Origin: Candidatus Tectimicrobiota bacterium
GTDB lineage: Bacteria; JACPUC01
Length of the DNA: 55,919 nucleotides
Reading direction: 5' to 3'
NCBI GenBank assembly: GCA_016192455.1
Contig: JACPUC010000026.1
Span: 142,902-198,820, forward strand
Shown: in pieces, positions 39,709 through 49,925 of the stretch
Numbering within the stretch: the first letter of the stretch is position 1
Layout of the letters: every line of letters starts with the position of its first letter
The notes under the pieces: generated by a model
What the model saw: the letters and a program-made list of their open reading frames with translations, nothing else
Told to the model about the DNA's origin: nothing
Database searches by the model: none
Made by a program: the position numbers and the translations under genes

Positions 39709-40935
39709 TTACGCCTTCGCAGGGGCCTCCTGACCGCTGCTCACCGGCAGGGGCTCAACCTGGGCGCGATGCTGCCGTGCCGGGTAGGCGACAATGGTGA
39801 GCACCGCTCCCAGCACCAGGGCGAGGGCCGCGAAGTAGAAGATGACGCGGATCGACCAGGCATCGGCGACCAGCCCGGCGAGCGCGGCTCCCAGCGTCGA
39901 GCAGGCTAGGTTGGCGGTGAAGAGGAGCCCCACCAGGCTCCCTCCCAGCTCCTTCGGGGTCACGTCGAAGGCGGTCGCGAAGATCACCGGCCGGATCGAG
40001 TAGAGAAACACCCCAATCATAAAGAGCATGATCTGGAACGCGAGCCCCACGGGGGCCAGGCCCAGCAGCGCGACGCAGGCGCCGGCCGCGAAGAGACCGG
40101 CCACGAGGACCGGCCCCCGCCCGATGCGATCGGAGAGCCAGCCCGCCAGCGGCGCTGAGAAGAAGCTCGCCACGGTCAGGGAGGAGACGTAGATGCCGAG
40201 CTGCGTGGAGGAGAAGTTCAGCTCCCTGGCGAGGTAGAGCGGCAGGAAGGTGACGAGCACCACCTGGCCCACGGTCCGCAGCGCCGACACGCCCGCCATC
40301 GCCACCACCTGGCGATCCCGGACCATCGCCCGCACCGCAGTGCCATAGGCCCGCAGCGCCATCCCCTTGCCGTAGCCGGCGTCGCTGTCACGGATGATCA
40401 GGAAGAGCGCCGCGGCCATGATGAAGGCGGGGATCGCCATGAACTGCGTGGTGGTCCGCCACCCCATCGCCGCGATCATGGCGGTCAAAATGAGCGGCGT
40501 GAGGAAGTCGCCGGAGTTGGCTCCCAGCTCGTGCGCGGAGAGAGCGAACCCCTTGCGCTGCGGGTAGAGCGAGGAGAGCAGGGACATCGACGGCGAGTGC
40601 CAGAACGAGGCGCCGAATCCCAGCAGGGCCAGGCTTGGGAACACCCACAGGTAGGTCGGCGCAAAGCCAACCGTGAGGTAGCCCAGCGCCGGGATGAGGA
40701 GCGCCCCCATCATGAAGAGGCGTCGGGTGCCGAGCACATCGACGGCGACGCTGCTGGGGATGTTCAGGCTGGCGGCCATCAGGGAGGCAAAGGAGATGAT
40801 GAGGCCGCTCTGGAAGTAATTCAGCCCGAACTCCTTGGCGATGAACGGCACCACCAGGGCCAGGGCTGTGAAGTGCCAATGCTCCACCGCATGCCCAAAG
40901 GAGATGGCAAAGACCTTGGGTAGCTTCGTGCGCAT
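39709..40935 (-). CDS. MFS transporter
   Basis: About 12 TM segments, GWLSDRIGR, P.RKGFALS.H..G motifs. Confidence 0.9.
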   Translation of the reverse strand: MRTKLPKVFAISFGHAVEHWHFTALALVVPFIAKEFGLNYFQSGLIISFASLMAASLNIPSSVAVDVLGTRRLFMMGALLIPALGYLTVGFAPTYLWVFPSLALLGFGASFWHSPSMSLLSSLYPQRKGFALSAHELGANSGDFLTPLILTAMIAAMGWRTTTQFMAIPAFIMAAALFLIIRDSDAGYGKGMALRAYGTAVRAMVRDRQVVAMAGVSALRTVGQVVLVTFLPLYLARELNFSSTQLGIYVSSLTVASFFSAPLAGWLSDRIGRGPVLVAGLFAAGACVALLGLAPVGLAFQIMLFMIGVFLYSIRPVIFATAFDVTPKELGGSLVGLLFTANLACSTLGAALAGLVADAWSIRVIFYFAALALVLGAVLTIVAYPARQHRAQVEPLPVSSGQEAPAKA

Positions 40936-41228
40936 CGCTGCATTCCCCCGCTCTATCGTCTACCAGCCCACTGAAAACCTGCTGGCGCCCGTTTTCACTC
41001 CAGGAAGGAGAGATCGACCTTTCACCCTGCGGCTCCATGCCCGAGCGTGCATCAAGCAGCGCCTCGGTCCCAACCGCGGCGCTATTGTAGGCACGCTCCC
41101 CCAGGGGAAGCAAGCAACTTGCAGCCGGCGAGCGCCCCCACCGGCATAAAGAGAGAGCTGGCAACGAGTGTGGTCGCGGGAATGAGGGCAGCGCGGGGAG
41201 AGGGCTGCGGCCACCGCCTCCGCTGGGC

Positions 41229-43130
41229 CTACGCCGCATCTTCCTGGTAGCGCAGCGTCAGGCGTTCGAACTCATCAAGGAGCGCGCGGGTGCGCTCCTG
41301 CACTTGCCGCTGCACCCCAGCCAGCGTCGCGTCGTCCGCCGTCGCCGGCACGTCGGCGTTGCCGAAGCCGTAGATTTTCAGCTTCGGCTCGGTGCCGGAG
41401 GGTCGGATGACGATCTTCGTGAAGCCATCCTCGGAGAGCTGGTAGACCAGGACATTGCCGCGCGCGCCGACCACCACGCCGCGTTGGGCGCCGTCGCGCG
41501 GATCGCTGATGGCGCCGGTTTGACGGTCGATGACCGCCCGCAGCGGCAGCCCGCCGAGGCGCTGCGGCGGCTCGCGTCGCAGCCGTTCCATGACCCTGAC
41601 CATGGTGCGCTCCCCGGCGCTGCCGGTCATGAAGAAGTTGCGCGTCTCCTCGAAGAAGTAGCCGTACCTGCGGTAGAGCTTGTGGAGATAGTCATCAAGG
41701 GTTGCTCCCTCGGCCTTCAGCTCGGCCGCGAGCTCCGCCGTCAGCAAGGCCGCGCTCGCCGCGTCCTTGTCCCGCACCGCCGCGCCGCGCAGGTAGCCGA
41801 AACTCTCCTCGAAGCCGAAGATGAAGCGCTCTGGATCATCGAGCTTGCCGATGAGCTCGGCGATATACTTGAAGCCGACGAGGAGATCGCCGACCAGCCG
41901 CACCTGGAAATCGGCGGCGATGCGGGTGACGAGATCGGTGCTCACCATGGTCTTGACGAGCAGCCCATCTTTCGGCAGCCTGCCGACGTCGCGCAGGGTT
42001 CGCAGCACGTAGTGGCTGAGGAGCGCCCCGAGCTGGTTGCCGGAGAGGTGTCGCCAGGAGCCGTCCCGCAGCGGCACGGCGACGCCGAGGCGATCCGCAT
42101 CGGGATCGCTGGCCATGGCGAGGTCCGCATCGATCTCGCGCGCCAAAGCAATGGCCTCGGTCAACGCTGCCGGCGATTCGGGGTTGGGGATGTGCCCCGC
42201 CACGTTTGGGAAGTCGCCGTCCGGGGTGCTTTGGGCGGCCACCAGGTGCAGGTCCGTGAAGCCGGCCCGGCGCAAGACCGGGACCACATTGGTGACGCCG
42301 GCGCCGTGCAGCGGCGTGTAGACGAGACGCAGGCGGCGGCTGGCGCCGAGGGCCGTCGCCGCCACGGCGTCCACGTAGGCCCGGTCCACCTCCCGGGCGG
42401 CGCGCTCGGCGAAGCCGGGCGAGCCAACCGGCGCTGATGCCGCCGCCTCCTCGGCGCCCAAGAGGACGATGAGGCCGCGCTCGCAAGCCGCTTGGTACGG
42501 CAGGCGTTGGATGTCGTCGACCCGCTGCACCTCGTCGATGATGCCGGTATCATGCGGCGGCAGCACCTGCCCACCATCCCGCCAGTAGACTTTGAAGCCG
42601 TTGTCCGTGGGAGGGTTGTGCGAGGCGCTGATGACGATGCCGGCATCCGCTCCGAGGTGGCGCACCGCGAAGGAGACCTCGGGGGTGGAGCGGCAGCCAT
42701 CGAAGAGGTAGGCCATGAAGCCATGGGCGGCCACGATGCAGGCGCACTCCTCGGCGAAACGGCGGGCCTGGTGGCGGGTGTCGTGACCAATGACGATGCG
42801 GTGGCTCAGGGAGGCGCCGCTCTCCGCGTGCCCCCCGCTTTCCCGCCCTTGCTTCAGGAGGTAGCGCGCCAGGCCTTGCGCCGACTCGCCGATGGTGCGC
42901 AAGTTCATGCGATTCGGGCCGACCCCCATCTTCCCTCGTCTGCCGCCGGTGCCGAAGGGAATGATGGTGTAGAAGCTGTCGTTGAGTTCCTGCCAGTCCT
43001 GCGCGGCGATGAGCTGCTCGATCTGCTCCCGTTCCGCCGCGGGGGATGGCCGCCGCAGCCAGCGCCGCAGGGCCTCCAGGCTGCCCGCTTCGATGGCTGC
43101 GGCAGGAATCCGCGCGGTGATTTCCACCAT
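41229..43130 (-). CDS. phosphoglucomutase/phosphomannomutase family phospho-sugar mutase
   Basis: FGTGGRRG, SASHNP (phosphoserine), DPDADR, GFEESFG, RPSGTEPKLK. Confidence 0.93.
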   Translation of the reverse strand: MVEITARIPAAAIEAGSLEALRRWLRRPSPAAEREQIEQLIAAQDWQELNDSFYTIIPFGTGGRRGKMGVGPNRMNLRTIGESAQGLARYLLKQGRESGGHAESGASLSHRIVIGHDTRHQARRFAEECACIVAAHGFMAYLFDGCRSTPEVSFAVRHLGADAGIVISASHNPPTDNGFKVYWRDGGQVLPPHDTGIIDEVQRVDDIQRLPYQAACERGLIVLLGAEEAAASAPVGSPGFAERAAREVDRAYVDAVAATALGASRRLRLVYTPLHGAGVTNVVPVLRRAGFTDLHLVAAQSTPDGDFPNVAGHIPNPESPAALTEAIALAREIDADLAMASDPDADRLGVAVPLRDGSWRHLSGNQLGALLSHYVLRTLRDVGRLPKDGLLVKTMVSTDLVTRIAADFQVRLVGDLLVGFKYIAELIGKLDDPERFIFGFEESFGYLRGAAVRDKDAASAALLTAELAAELKAEGATLDDYLHKLYRRYGYFFEETRNFFMTGSAGERTMVRVMERLRREPPQRLGGLPLRAVIDRQTGAISDPRDGAQRGVVVGARGNVLVYQLSEDGFTKIVIRPSGTEPKLKIYGFGNADVPATADDATLAGVQRQVQERTRALLDEFERLTLRYQEDAA

Positions 43131-43394
43131 CTCAGTGCAAGCTCCGCCGCGGTCCTGCCGGCGACGCGCCAGCCGGCTCCTCGGCTCGAAGAAGGGCGCA
43201 GGTGTGGGGTGGGCACCTGCGGGCGCCGCCGCGGCGCGCTTTGAGTTCTGGGACCGCAAGCGGCTCCGACAGGCAGCCTGGCACTGAGCGACCGAGTGGA
43301 ATATAGCTTATGCCATCTCAGCGGCAAGCGGAAGGGGGCCGGCGGCCAGGGGCGGGGCAGGCAGGTCTGTCTGCCGTGCCGGTACGGGCAGGCG

Positions 43395-43637
43395 TTAGCT
43401 GGAAGGAGGAGGCTGCAGGCGCAGGCGCAGAAGTTCGCGCTTCATCTCGTCCTGGCGGCGCACCAGGAGACGAGCGCTGGAGTGGAGGAGCAGCCGGTGC
43501 AGGAGAGACAGGGCAAGGACAAGGACGACGGTCAGACCTGCCAACCGCGGCAGCCAAGCGCCGACCGTGCCGAGGTAGGGGCTCGCCCCTGACCACGAGA
43601 GCTTGAGTACAGCAAGGAGCAGGGTCTGGACGTCCAT
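43395..43637 (-). CDS. small hypothetical membrane protein
   Basis: Leu-rich hydrophobic ORF with a weak RBS. No family recognised. Confidence 0.3.
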   Translation of the reverse strand: MDVQTLLLAVLKLSWSGASPYLGTVGAWLPRLAGLTVVLVLALSLLHRLLLHSSARLLVRRQDEMKRELLRLRLQPPPSS

Positions 43638-44013
43638 ACCGTCCCGCCTTAAGGTTCTCTCGCGCGCGAGAGCATCATGACTCTCCTTGGCTCTGCCTCT
43701 CTGGTACTGCATCGGCAGAGCGTGCAGAACCTTGAGCGACACGCTGGGGCAGCCTACACTGTCGCCGGTCGCTTCTGCCTCTTTACCCTGTGTCGGGATG
43801 CCCCAGGGGCAAGCGCGGGCGGGGAGATGGCGGGCGCCGCAAAACGGAGATGCCGCCGGCGCCCATCCCTTCGAGAGCTACCGGTGGGATGCGTCGCGGC
43901 GCCGCAGGATGCGTGGTAAACGGAGGTGAGTCCAGGGGAATGTCTTCCCCATCCGGCGATGGGCGACGTTCCGAAGCTGTCCCAAGGAACGCCAGCGGAG
44001 AACGAGTTTAGCC

Positions 44014-44988
44014 ATGCAGGTGCAAGACCTCTTGCCCCGCTTCTCGCAGCAGTCGGTGATGGTGCTGGGTGATCTGGTGGTGGAGAAGTACGTTTGGGGC
44101 ACGGCGCGAGGTCTGGCGAATGATGCGCCCGTACCCGTGCTGCGGGTCGAAGGCGAGGAGTACCAACTCGGCGGGGCCGCGAACGTGGCGCGTCACCTCG
44201 CGGCCTTGGGGGCACAGGTGCGCCTCTGCGGCTTGGTGGGGTACGACGACGCGGCGCACGCCTTGCGGCGCTCGGTGCGCCAGTCCGGCATTGACACCAG
44301 TGGCATCTTCCCGGCCCAGGGCCGGCAGACAGCCTCCAAGGTCAGGGTGCTCTCGCACCAGCACGGCCAGCAACTCCTGCAGCTCGACTATGAGCCGCCG
44401 CGCAGCACCACGGACCTCGAGCGCGGCAGCCTGCGCACGTACATTGAAGCCACGCTGGAGAGCACCGACTGCCTGATCCTGTGCGACTACGAGAAAGAGA
44501 CGTATGGCTCGCTGGAGTTCGTCCAGGAGCTGGCGCGCCTGGCCGCCGCCCAGAAGGTCCTGACGGTTGCCGATGCTCACCCCGCCGGCGTGTCGCTGCT
44601 CCGTGACACGCACCTCACCTTGGTGAGCGATGCCGCCGCGCGTGACCTCCACGCCACGCTCTACGAGCACTCCGGAGTCAGCCGCGGGGAGCTGGCCCGC
44701 GACCTCCTCGAGTTCCTGCACTGCGGCGCGATCGTCCTCATCGACGCGGCAGAGGGGATGCTGGGGGTGCGCCAGGAGGGTGAAGCGGCGAGCATCCCCT
44801 GCAGCCTCGGTGCGCCGTTTTCGGTCCTCGGCCTGCGCGAGCCCCTGCTCGGCACCCTAACCCTCTGCCTCCTCGCGGGAGGCGATCTTGGCTTGGCCCT
44901 GCGCGTGGCTGGGCGTGCCGGCGCGAAGCTCGTCAGCAAACCCGGACCGGCGTCGCTGCGCCCCGAGGAGCTTTTGGACGATTCCTGA
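44014..44988 (+). CDS. HldA/RfaE domain I (heptose-7-phosphate kinase)-like PfkB protein with degenerate catalytic motifs
   Basis: VMVLGDL, APVPV, LGGAANVA, K.RV...QQLLQLDYE match RfaE domain I. The C-terminal DxxGAGD is absent. Confidence 0.75.
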   Translation: MQVQDLLPRFSQQSVMVLGDLVVEKYVWGTARGLANDAPVPVLRVEGEEYQLGGAANVARHLAALGAQVRLCGLVGYDDAAHALRRSVRQSGIDTSGIFPAQGRQTASKVRVLSHQHGQQLLQLDYEPPRSTTDLERGSLRTYIEATLESTDCLILCDYEKETYGSLEFVQELARLAAAQKVLTVADAHPAGVSLLRDTHLTLVSDAAARDLHATLYEHSGVSRGELARDLLEFLHCGAIVLIDAAEGMLGVRQEGEAASIPCSLGAPFSVLGLREPLLGTLTLCLLAGGDLGLALRVAGRAGAKLVSKPGPASLRPEELLDDS

Positions 44989-45187
44989 GGAGGCAACCGT
45001 ACCTCCTGGCAGGCAGAGCGCCGCTTGCTGGCGGCGGGCGTCCTCCGCGTGGCTGGAGTCTGGCCCACGCCGTGCGTGGCCGGCGGGCACCAAAGACATA
45101 CCACGCAGGGGGCGGTTGGGTGACCGGCTTCGGCATGCCGCGGCTCGGGTGAACTGCTGGCGAAACGGGCAAAAGGCCAGAATTTCA

Positions 45188-45216
45188 TTGACATCCATTC
45201 GCCATTCTGGTAGAGA
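45188..45216 (+). promoter_or_regulatory. possible sigma-70 promoter of the atp F0 genes
   Basis: TTGACA (45188-93) - 17 nt - TAGAGA with an extended TG. Confidence 0.4.
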
Positions 45217-45258
45217 GAGAAGGTCTAACCGCCGCCCAGCCATGAGCGGCGAATTCTT

Positions 45259-45522
45259 ATGGCTAAGAACCAGTGGCAGTCCTTCCGTCAGGTCTTTCGC
45301 CTTATTGGCGACTTCAGCACTATCGGGCTGCAACTCGTCATTTCAACCTGCCTCGGCTTGGCGGCAGGGTTCTATCTCGACCGTTGGCTGCGGACGCAGC
45401 CGATTCTGACGTTGGTGTTTCTCGTCCTCGGCATCGCAGCCGGCTTCATCAACATCTTCCGTACCCTGCAGCGGATTCCGCGACAGAAACGGAATGACCG
45501 AGAGGACGAGGACCGTGACTAA
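45259..45522 (+). CDS. AtpZ/AtpI family ATP synthase accessory protein
   Basis: G...G.YLDRWL.T.P...LVFL.LGIAAGF pattern, first gene of the atp F0 cluster. Confidence 0.85.
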   Translation: MAKNQWQSFRQVFRLIGDFSTIGLQLVISTCLGLAAGFYLDRWLRTQPILTLVFLVLGIAAGFINIFRTLQRIPRQKRNDREDEDRD

Positions 45523-45925
45523 GACGCCAGGAGAGCGTGGACGGACGCGCCTGCTGCGCACCCTCGAACGCCACGGCTGGATCTGGCTGGGGGTGCTTGT
45601 CGGCGCGACGCTGCTTTGGGGGCATTGGGAAGCAGCGGCGCGTTTGGCGTTGGGCGGCGCGATCAGCGTGCTGAACTTCCGCTGGCTCTGCTTCTTCTAC
45701 CAGCATGTCCTGCCGCGGCGCAGCCGCCGGTTGCACCTGCTCGCCGGCCTCGGTTACCTGGCGCGGTACGTGGTGATCGGCTTCCTCCTCTACCTGGCCC
45801 TGAGCAAGAACACCGTCGAGCTGCTGGCGCTCATCGCCGGGCTGTCGCTGATGGTCTTCGTCATTCCCGGCGTTGGCTTGTGGACCTTGCGGCATACGCC
45901 CCACGGTCAGTTTGAGGCTCGCTGA
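45494..45925 (+). CDS. atpI: ATP synthase I chain
   Basis: Four TM segments, LGG.ISVLNF, position before atpB. Alternative start GTG 45515. Confidence 0.75.
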   Translation: MTERTRTVTKTPGERGRTRLLRTLERHGWIWLGVLVGATLLWGHWEAAARLALGGAISVLNFRWLCFFYQHVLPRRSRRLHLLAGLGYLARYVVIGFLLYLALSKNTVELLALIAGLSLMVFVIPGVGLWTLRHTPHGQFEAR

Positions 45926-46605
45926 TGGAACATCCGCTGCTCTACCTCAACTACATCGTGAACTGGCTGGCCCCCGGCTTCCTGGATAAAGAGCACGTCA
46001 CGTATACGTGGTTCCTCATCCTCCTCTTCCTGGCCGCGGGGTTGCTGGTGCGGCGGCGCCTGGAGCGCGTGCCGCGCGGGGCCCAGAACGTTTTCGAGGC
46101 GGTGGTCGAGGGCATCACGAGCTTCATGGACACCACCATGGGGCACGGCGGCTCGCGCTACTTCCCCCTTATCGGCGCGCTGGCCTTCTTCATCCTCCTC
46201 TCCAATCTCATGGGGATCATCCCCGGCGGCATGTCCCCCACGAGCAACATCAACACCAACGCCGCCTGCGCCCTCACCGTCTTCCTCGCCACCCACTACG
46301 TGGGCTTCAAAACGCATGGGATCAAGTACGTGCGGCACTTCACCGGCCCCATCATCTGGTTGGCGCCGCTGATGATGCCGATCGAGATCATCGGTCACTT
46401 GGCCAGGCCTCTTTCTCTCTCGGTGCGTCTGTTCGGCAACATTCGAGGGGAAGACCTGGTAATCATCATCCTGGTGTCGCTCGTGCCCCTCATCGTGCCG
46501 CTGCCGATGTTTTTCCTGGCGATCTTCACCAGCATTATCCAGACGTTCGTCTTCTGTCTCCTGTCCATGATCTACATTGCGGGCGCCATGGAACACGCCC
46601 ACTAA
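45925..46605 (+). CDS. atpB: F0F1 ATP synthase subunit a
   Basis: VPRGAQN, SPTSNIN, RPLSLSVRLFGN, IQTFVF.LL. Confidence 0.96.
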   Translation: MEHPLLYLNYIVNWLAPGFLDKEHVTYTWFLILLFLAAGLLVRRRLERVPRGAQNVFEAVVEGITSFMDTTMGHGGSRYFPLIGALAFFILLSNLMGIIPGGMSPTSNINTNAACALTVFLATHYVGFKTHGIKYVRHFTGPIIWLAPLMMPIEIIGHLARPLSLSVRLFGNIRGEDLVIIILVSLVPLIVPLPMFFLAIFTSIIQTFVFCLLSMIYIAGAMEHAH

Positions 46606-46661
46606 ATCGACATCGGGTCTGCATCGCCCATTAAGCCGGTTGCATTGAAAGGAGGAACCTC

Positions 46662-47012
46662 ATGGCGAAGACATGGCTCGTCTCAACCCTCAGCGCGCTT
46701 CTGCTGACCTTCGTCGTGGTGCCGGCTGCTCTCGCGCAAGGGGCTGGGGAGAGCGGCAAGATCAGCTACTTCATCTGGGCCGCCATCGTCTCCGGTGGCG
46801 CGCTTGCCCTGGCGGCCATGGCGGGCGCTTTCGGCCAGTCCCGCGGCCTCTCTGCGGCACTCGACGGGATTTCCCGCAATCCGAGCGCCTCGGGGCAGCT
46901 CACCACCACGCTCATCATCGGCCTGGCCCTCATCGAGTCGTTGGTCATCTACGTGCTCGTCGTCAGCCTCATCCTCCTGTTTGTCGATCCCTTCAAGATG
47001 CTGGCTGGTTAG
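46662..47012 (+). CDS. atpE: F0F1 ATP synthase subunit c (with N-terminal signal-like extension)
   Basis: GISRNP loop, GLALIESLVIY. RBS AAAGGAGG. Confidence 0.95.
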   Translation: MAKTWLVSTLSALLLTFVVVPAALAQGAGESGKISYFIWAAIVSGGALALAAMAGAFGQSRGLSAALDGISRNPSASGQLTTTLIIGLALIESLVIYVLVVSLILLFVDPFKMLAG

Positions 47013-47255
47013 AGCAGCTAACGGGGGAGACCTCGCGAGGTCGGCGCTGCCGGCCGCGGACCGGCGCTGCGGCCCGCCCGACGCTTCTCGGGAGGCTAAC
47101 GGCGCCTGAGAGGCATCTTCCATGGGAACCGGGCTGAGCAACCTGTAGGGGACGACCGGGCGGGCGAAGGGCGAAGGCGGAGAGCGCAGGCCAGCGTTCT
47201 TCATCATGGAGGCTTCGCGAGAGGAACGAGAAGGCCCGGCATACGGAGGTGATGG

Positions 47256-48662
47256 ATGGCGCGCAAAGCCCCAACAGAACCGATCTACTATGACCGAGAG
47301 GTCGAGACCATGCCCCGCGAGCAGAAGGAGGCTATGCGCCTGCAGAAGCTGCGCAGCCTGCTGGAACACCTGCTTGCCAGCAATGGTTTCTATGGCCCAC
47401 GCCTAAAGAAGGCAGGCGTGAGGCCGCAAGCCATTACGTCGATCGCCGAGTTCCGCAAGCGCGTGCCGGCGACCTTGAAGCAGGAGCTCGTGGCCGACCA
47501 GGAGGAGAACCCTCCGTATGGCAAGCGGCTTGGCGTTCCCGAAGAGCAGCTCGCGCAGATTTTCATGACCAGCGGCACCTCCGGCATCGGCCAGGAGGTC
47601 AGCCCGCTGTCGAAGAGCGACACCTACCACGCGGCGCTGGGATTCGCCTTTCAGCTCAACGCCGGGGGCCTGGCGCCGGGCGACATCTCGGCGCACATGT
47701 GGCCCGTGGCCACGATGCCCGGCGGGCTCGCCGCCCTCGAGGGGCTGCGCATGCTGAAGACGAACCCGATGATCCTCGGCATCTTCGACACCAAGAAGAA
47801 GCTCCAACTCATGGTGCGGTTCAACGTGCACCACCTCTTCACCACGCCCGCCTACCTCACGCGCCTGGCGCTGCTGGCGCAGGAGATGGGCATCGAACCG
47901 CGGCGCGACCTGTCGCGCCTGAAGGCGATCACCCTCTCCACGGAAGCCTTCCCCCCCATCTGGGCGCACAACATGGAAGCCTTCTGGGGCGTGCCCCTGC
48001 AAGACTGCTACGGCTCCACGCAGCTCGGCACGGTGTTCGCCTTCACCACCGAGCGCGGGGTGGCGCCGGGCGGCGCGCGGGGCGTCTACCACACCCTCGA
48101 CCACATGGGGATTGTGGAGATTGTCGATCCGCAAAGCGGCGAAGAGGTCCCTTACGGGGAGTACGGCGAGCCGATCGTCACGCCGCTCTGGCGGGAGGCG
48201 TCCCCGGTGCTGCGCTTCCGCTCGGGAGACCGGGTGCGGCGCCTACCCCCGACCAGCGAGATCGACGGACGCACCTGCGACACCTGGGAGATGGGAACGA
48301 TCTCCCGCCTCGACGACATGATCAAGATGAAGGCCACCAACATCTGGCCCTCGACGATTGATGAAGTCCTCTTCGCTCATGCCGAGATCGATGAGTACAA
48401 CGGCCGGGTCCTCATTGATGCCCAGGGCCGGGAGCGGGTGCAGATCAAGCTGGAGTTCAAAACCCACATCACCTCTGAGAGCGTCAAGCAGGCGGTGCTG
48501 GCCAAGCTTCCCAGCCAGCTCCGCGAGAAGACCGGCATGACGATCGAGGTGGAGGCGGCGCCTTTCGGCACCATCGAGCGCTTCGAGTACAAGGCGCGGC
48601 GCTGGAAAGACGAGCGCATGAGCGGCCTCGAGGGAGTCCGCTTCCGCGACAAGGCCGTGTAA
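47256..48662 (+). CDS. phenylacetate-CoA ligase (PaaK/AcsA-like) family protein
   Basis: EVETMPRE, FMTSGTSG, YGSTQ, PVLRFRSGD, RLDDMIKMK..NIWP. Confidence 0.85.
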   Translation: MARKAPTEPIYYDREVETMPREQKEAMRLQKLRSLLEHLLASNGFYGPRLKKAGVRPQAITSIAEFRKRVPATLKQELVADQEENPPYGKRLGVPEEQLAQIFMTSGTSGIGQEVSPLSKSDTYHAALGFAFQLNAGGLAPGDISAHMWPVATMPGGLAALEGLRMLKTNPMILGIFDTKKKLQLMVRFNVHHLFTTPAYLTRLALLAQEMGIEPRRDLSRLKAITLSTEAFPPIWAHNMEAFWGVPLQDCYGSTQLGTVFAFTTERGVAPGGARGVYHTLDHMGIVEIVDPQSGEEVPYGEYGEPIVTPLWREASPVLRFRSGDRVRRLPPTSEIDGRTCDTWEMGTISRLDDMIKMKATNIWPSTIDEVLFAHAEIDEYNGRVLIDAQGRERVQIKLEFKTHITSESVKQAVLAKLPSQLREKTGMTIEVEAAPFGTIERFEYKARRWKDERMSGLEGVRFRDKAV

Positions 48663-48925
48663 AAGCGTGGCGTCGGTCGCTCCGGTGGCAGGGCCTTCTC
48701 GGGGCGGGCCTCCCCGAGAAGGCGGCGAAAGCGGCCCGACCAGCATCTCGAAGCATGTGGGCCTCCCCGGCGCTCCATTGCCACCGAGGAAGTCCACCCT
48801 ACCGAGCAGAGGCTGCGCGTTTCCTGCCTCATCTCCTTCCGCGCCAGGGTCCGCGACGCGCAGTGCATCCCATTGCTGAACCGTTGAACTTCGTGAGCGC
48901 GATCGCCTCGTCGTTCGTCATCTGC

Positions 48926-49612
48926 ATGCCGCTGGCATCGGCTCGGCTGAGCTGGGGCCACCTCTTCGGCAATCAGGCCCCCGTGGAGCTCGAGGTCGGC
49001 TTCGGCAAGGGGATGTTCCTTCTCAGCGAAGCGGCGGCGCGCCCACAGGTGAATTTCGTCGGCCTCGAGGTGGCCGGCAAGTACCACCACCACACCCTCC
49101 AGCGCGTGGAAGGGCGCCGGCTCCAGAACGTGCGGCTGATCCACGGCGAGGCGGGCGAGGTGATCAGCCGGCATGTCGCGGATACCAGCCTGCAGGCCAT
49201 CCACATTTACTTCCCCGACCCCTGGCACAAGAAGCGCCACAAGAAGCGCCGCCTCTTCGGGCCGGGATTCCTCTACCATGCCGCGCGCACCCTGCGCCGC
49301 AACGGAGCGCTCTACATCGCCACCGACTACGCGGAGTACTTCGACTCCATCGTGGAGCGCGTCGAAGCATGCGGCTACTTTGGCCGTCTGCTCCAGAGCC
49401 CTTTCGTGGAGCGCTGGCAAGCCTCGTTCCGAGAAGGCCGAAAGACGACGGCCTGCGGCACGGCGCCGGCGGAGCAGCCGCGCCTTCCCCAGTCCCCCCC
49501 GCCGCCGGGTGGCGCGCAGGCCGCCACGGACCTCCCCCTCACACACTATGAGCGCAAGTATCGCCGCGAGGGGCGCAGAATCTACGCCGCTCACTACGTG
49601 GTGCAACGGTGA
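48926..49612 (+). CDS. trmB: tRNA (guanine-N7)-methyltransferase
   Basis: LEVGFGKG, FPDPWHKKRHKKRR, ATDY..YF, THYERKY. The start is uncertain (alternative GTG 48863). Confidence 0.9.
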   Translation: MPLASARLSWGHLFGNQAPVELEVGFGKGMFLLSEAAARPQVNFVGLEVAGKYHHHTLQRVEGRRLQNVRLIHGEAGEVISRHVADTSLQAIHIYFPDPWHKKRHKKRRLFGPGFLYHAARTLRRNGALYIATDYAEYFDSIVERVEACGYFGRLLQSPFVERWQASFREGRKTTACGTAPAEQPRLPQSPPPPGGAQAATDLPLTHYERKYRREGRRIYAAHYVVQR

Positions 49613-49925
49613 GGCGTCCTGAGCGGCGGCCCGTCTTTGCTCCGCCCGCGAGTTGCTCCCCTCTGCCGTGAGCGCCAGGCTGCGTCCTCCAGGTTGCGCA
49701 GGGGCGACCCGCAGCTCATATGTTCGCTTGACGGCGCCAACCACGGAGGCCGGTCGGATGGTTCGCAACGAGGGTGGCAGCCTGCCCGCCTGAGTTTCGG
49801 CGACCCGCCAGAAGGGGTCTGGAGACCAGTGGAGGATCGGCCCCGCGCCTCCCCTCCTGGCCCTGCCCAACGTCCCGCTGCCCCACTATCCGTCCCATCC
49901 TCTGGTAAAACGAAGGAGATGCATC

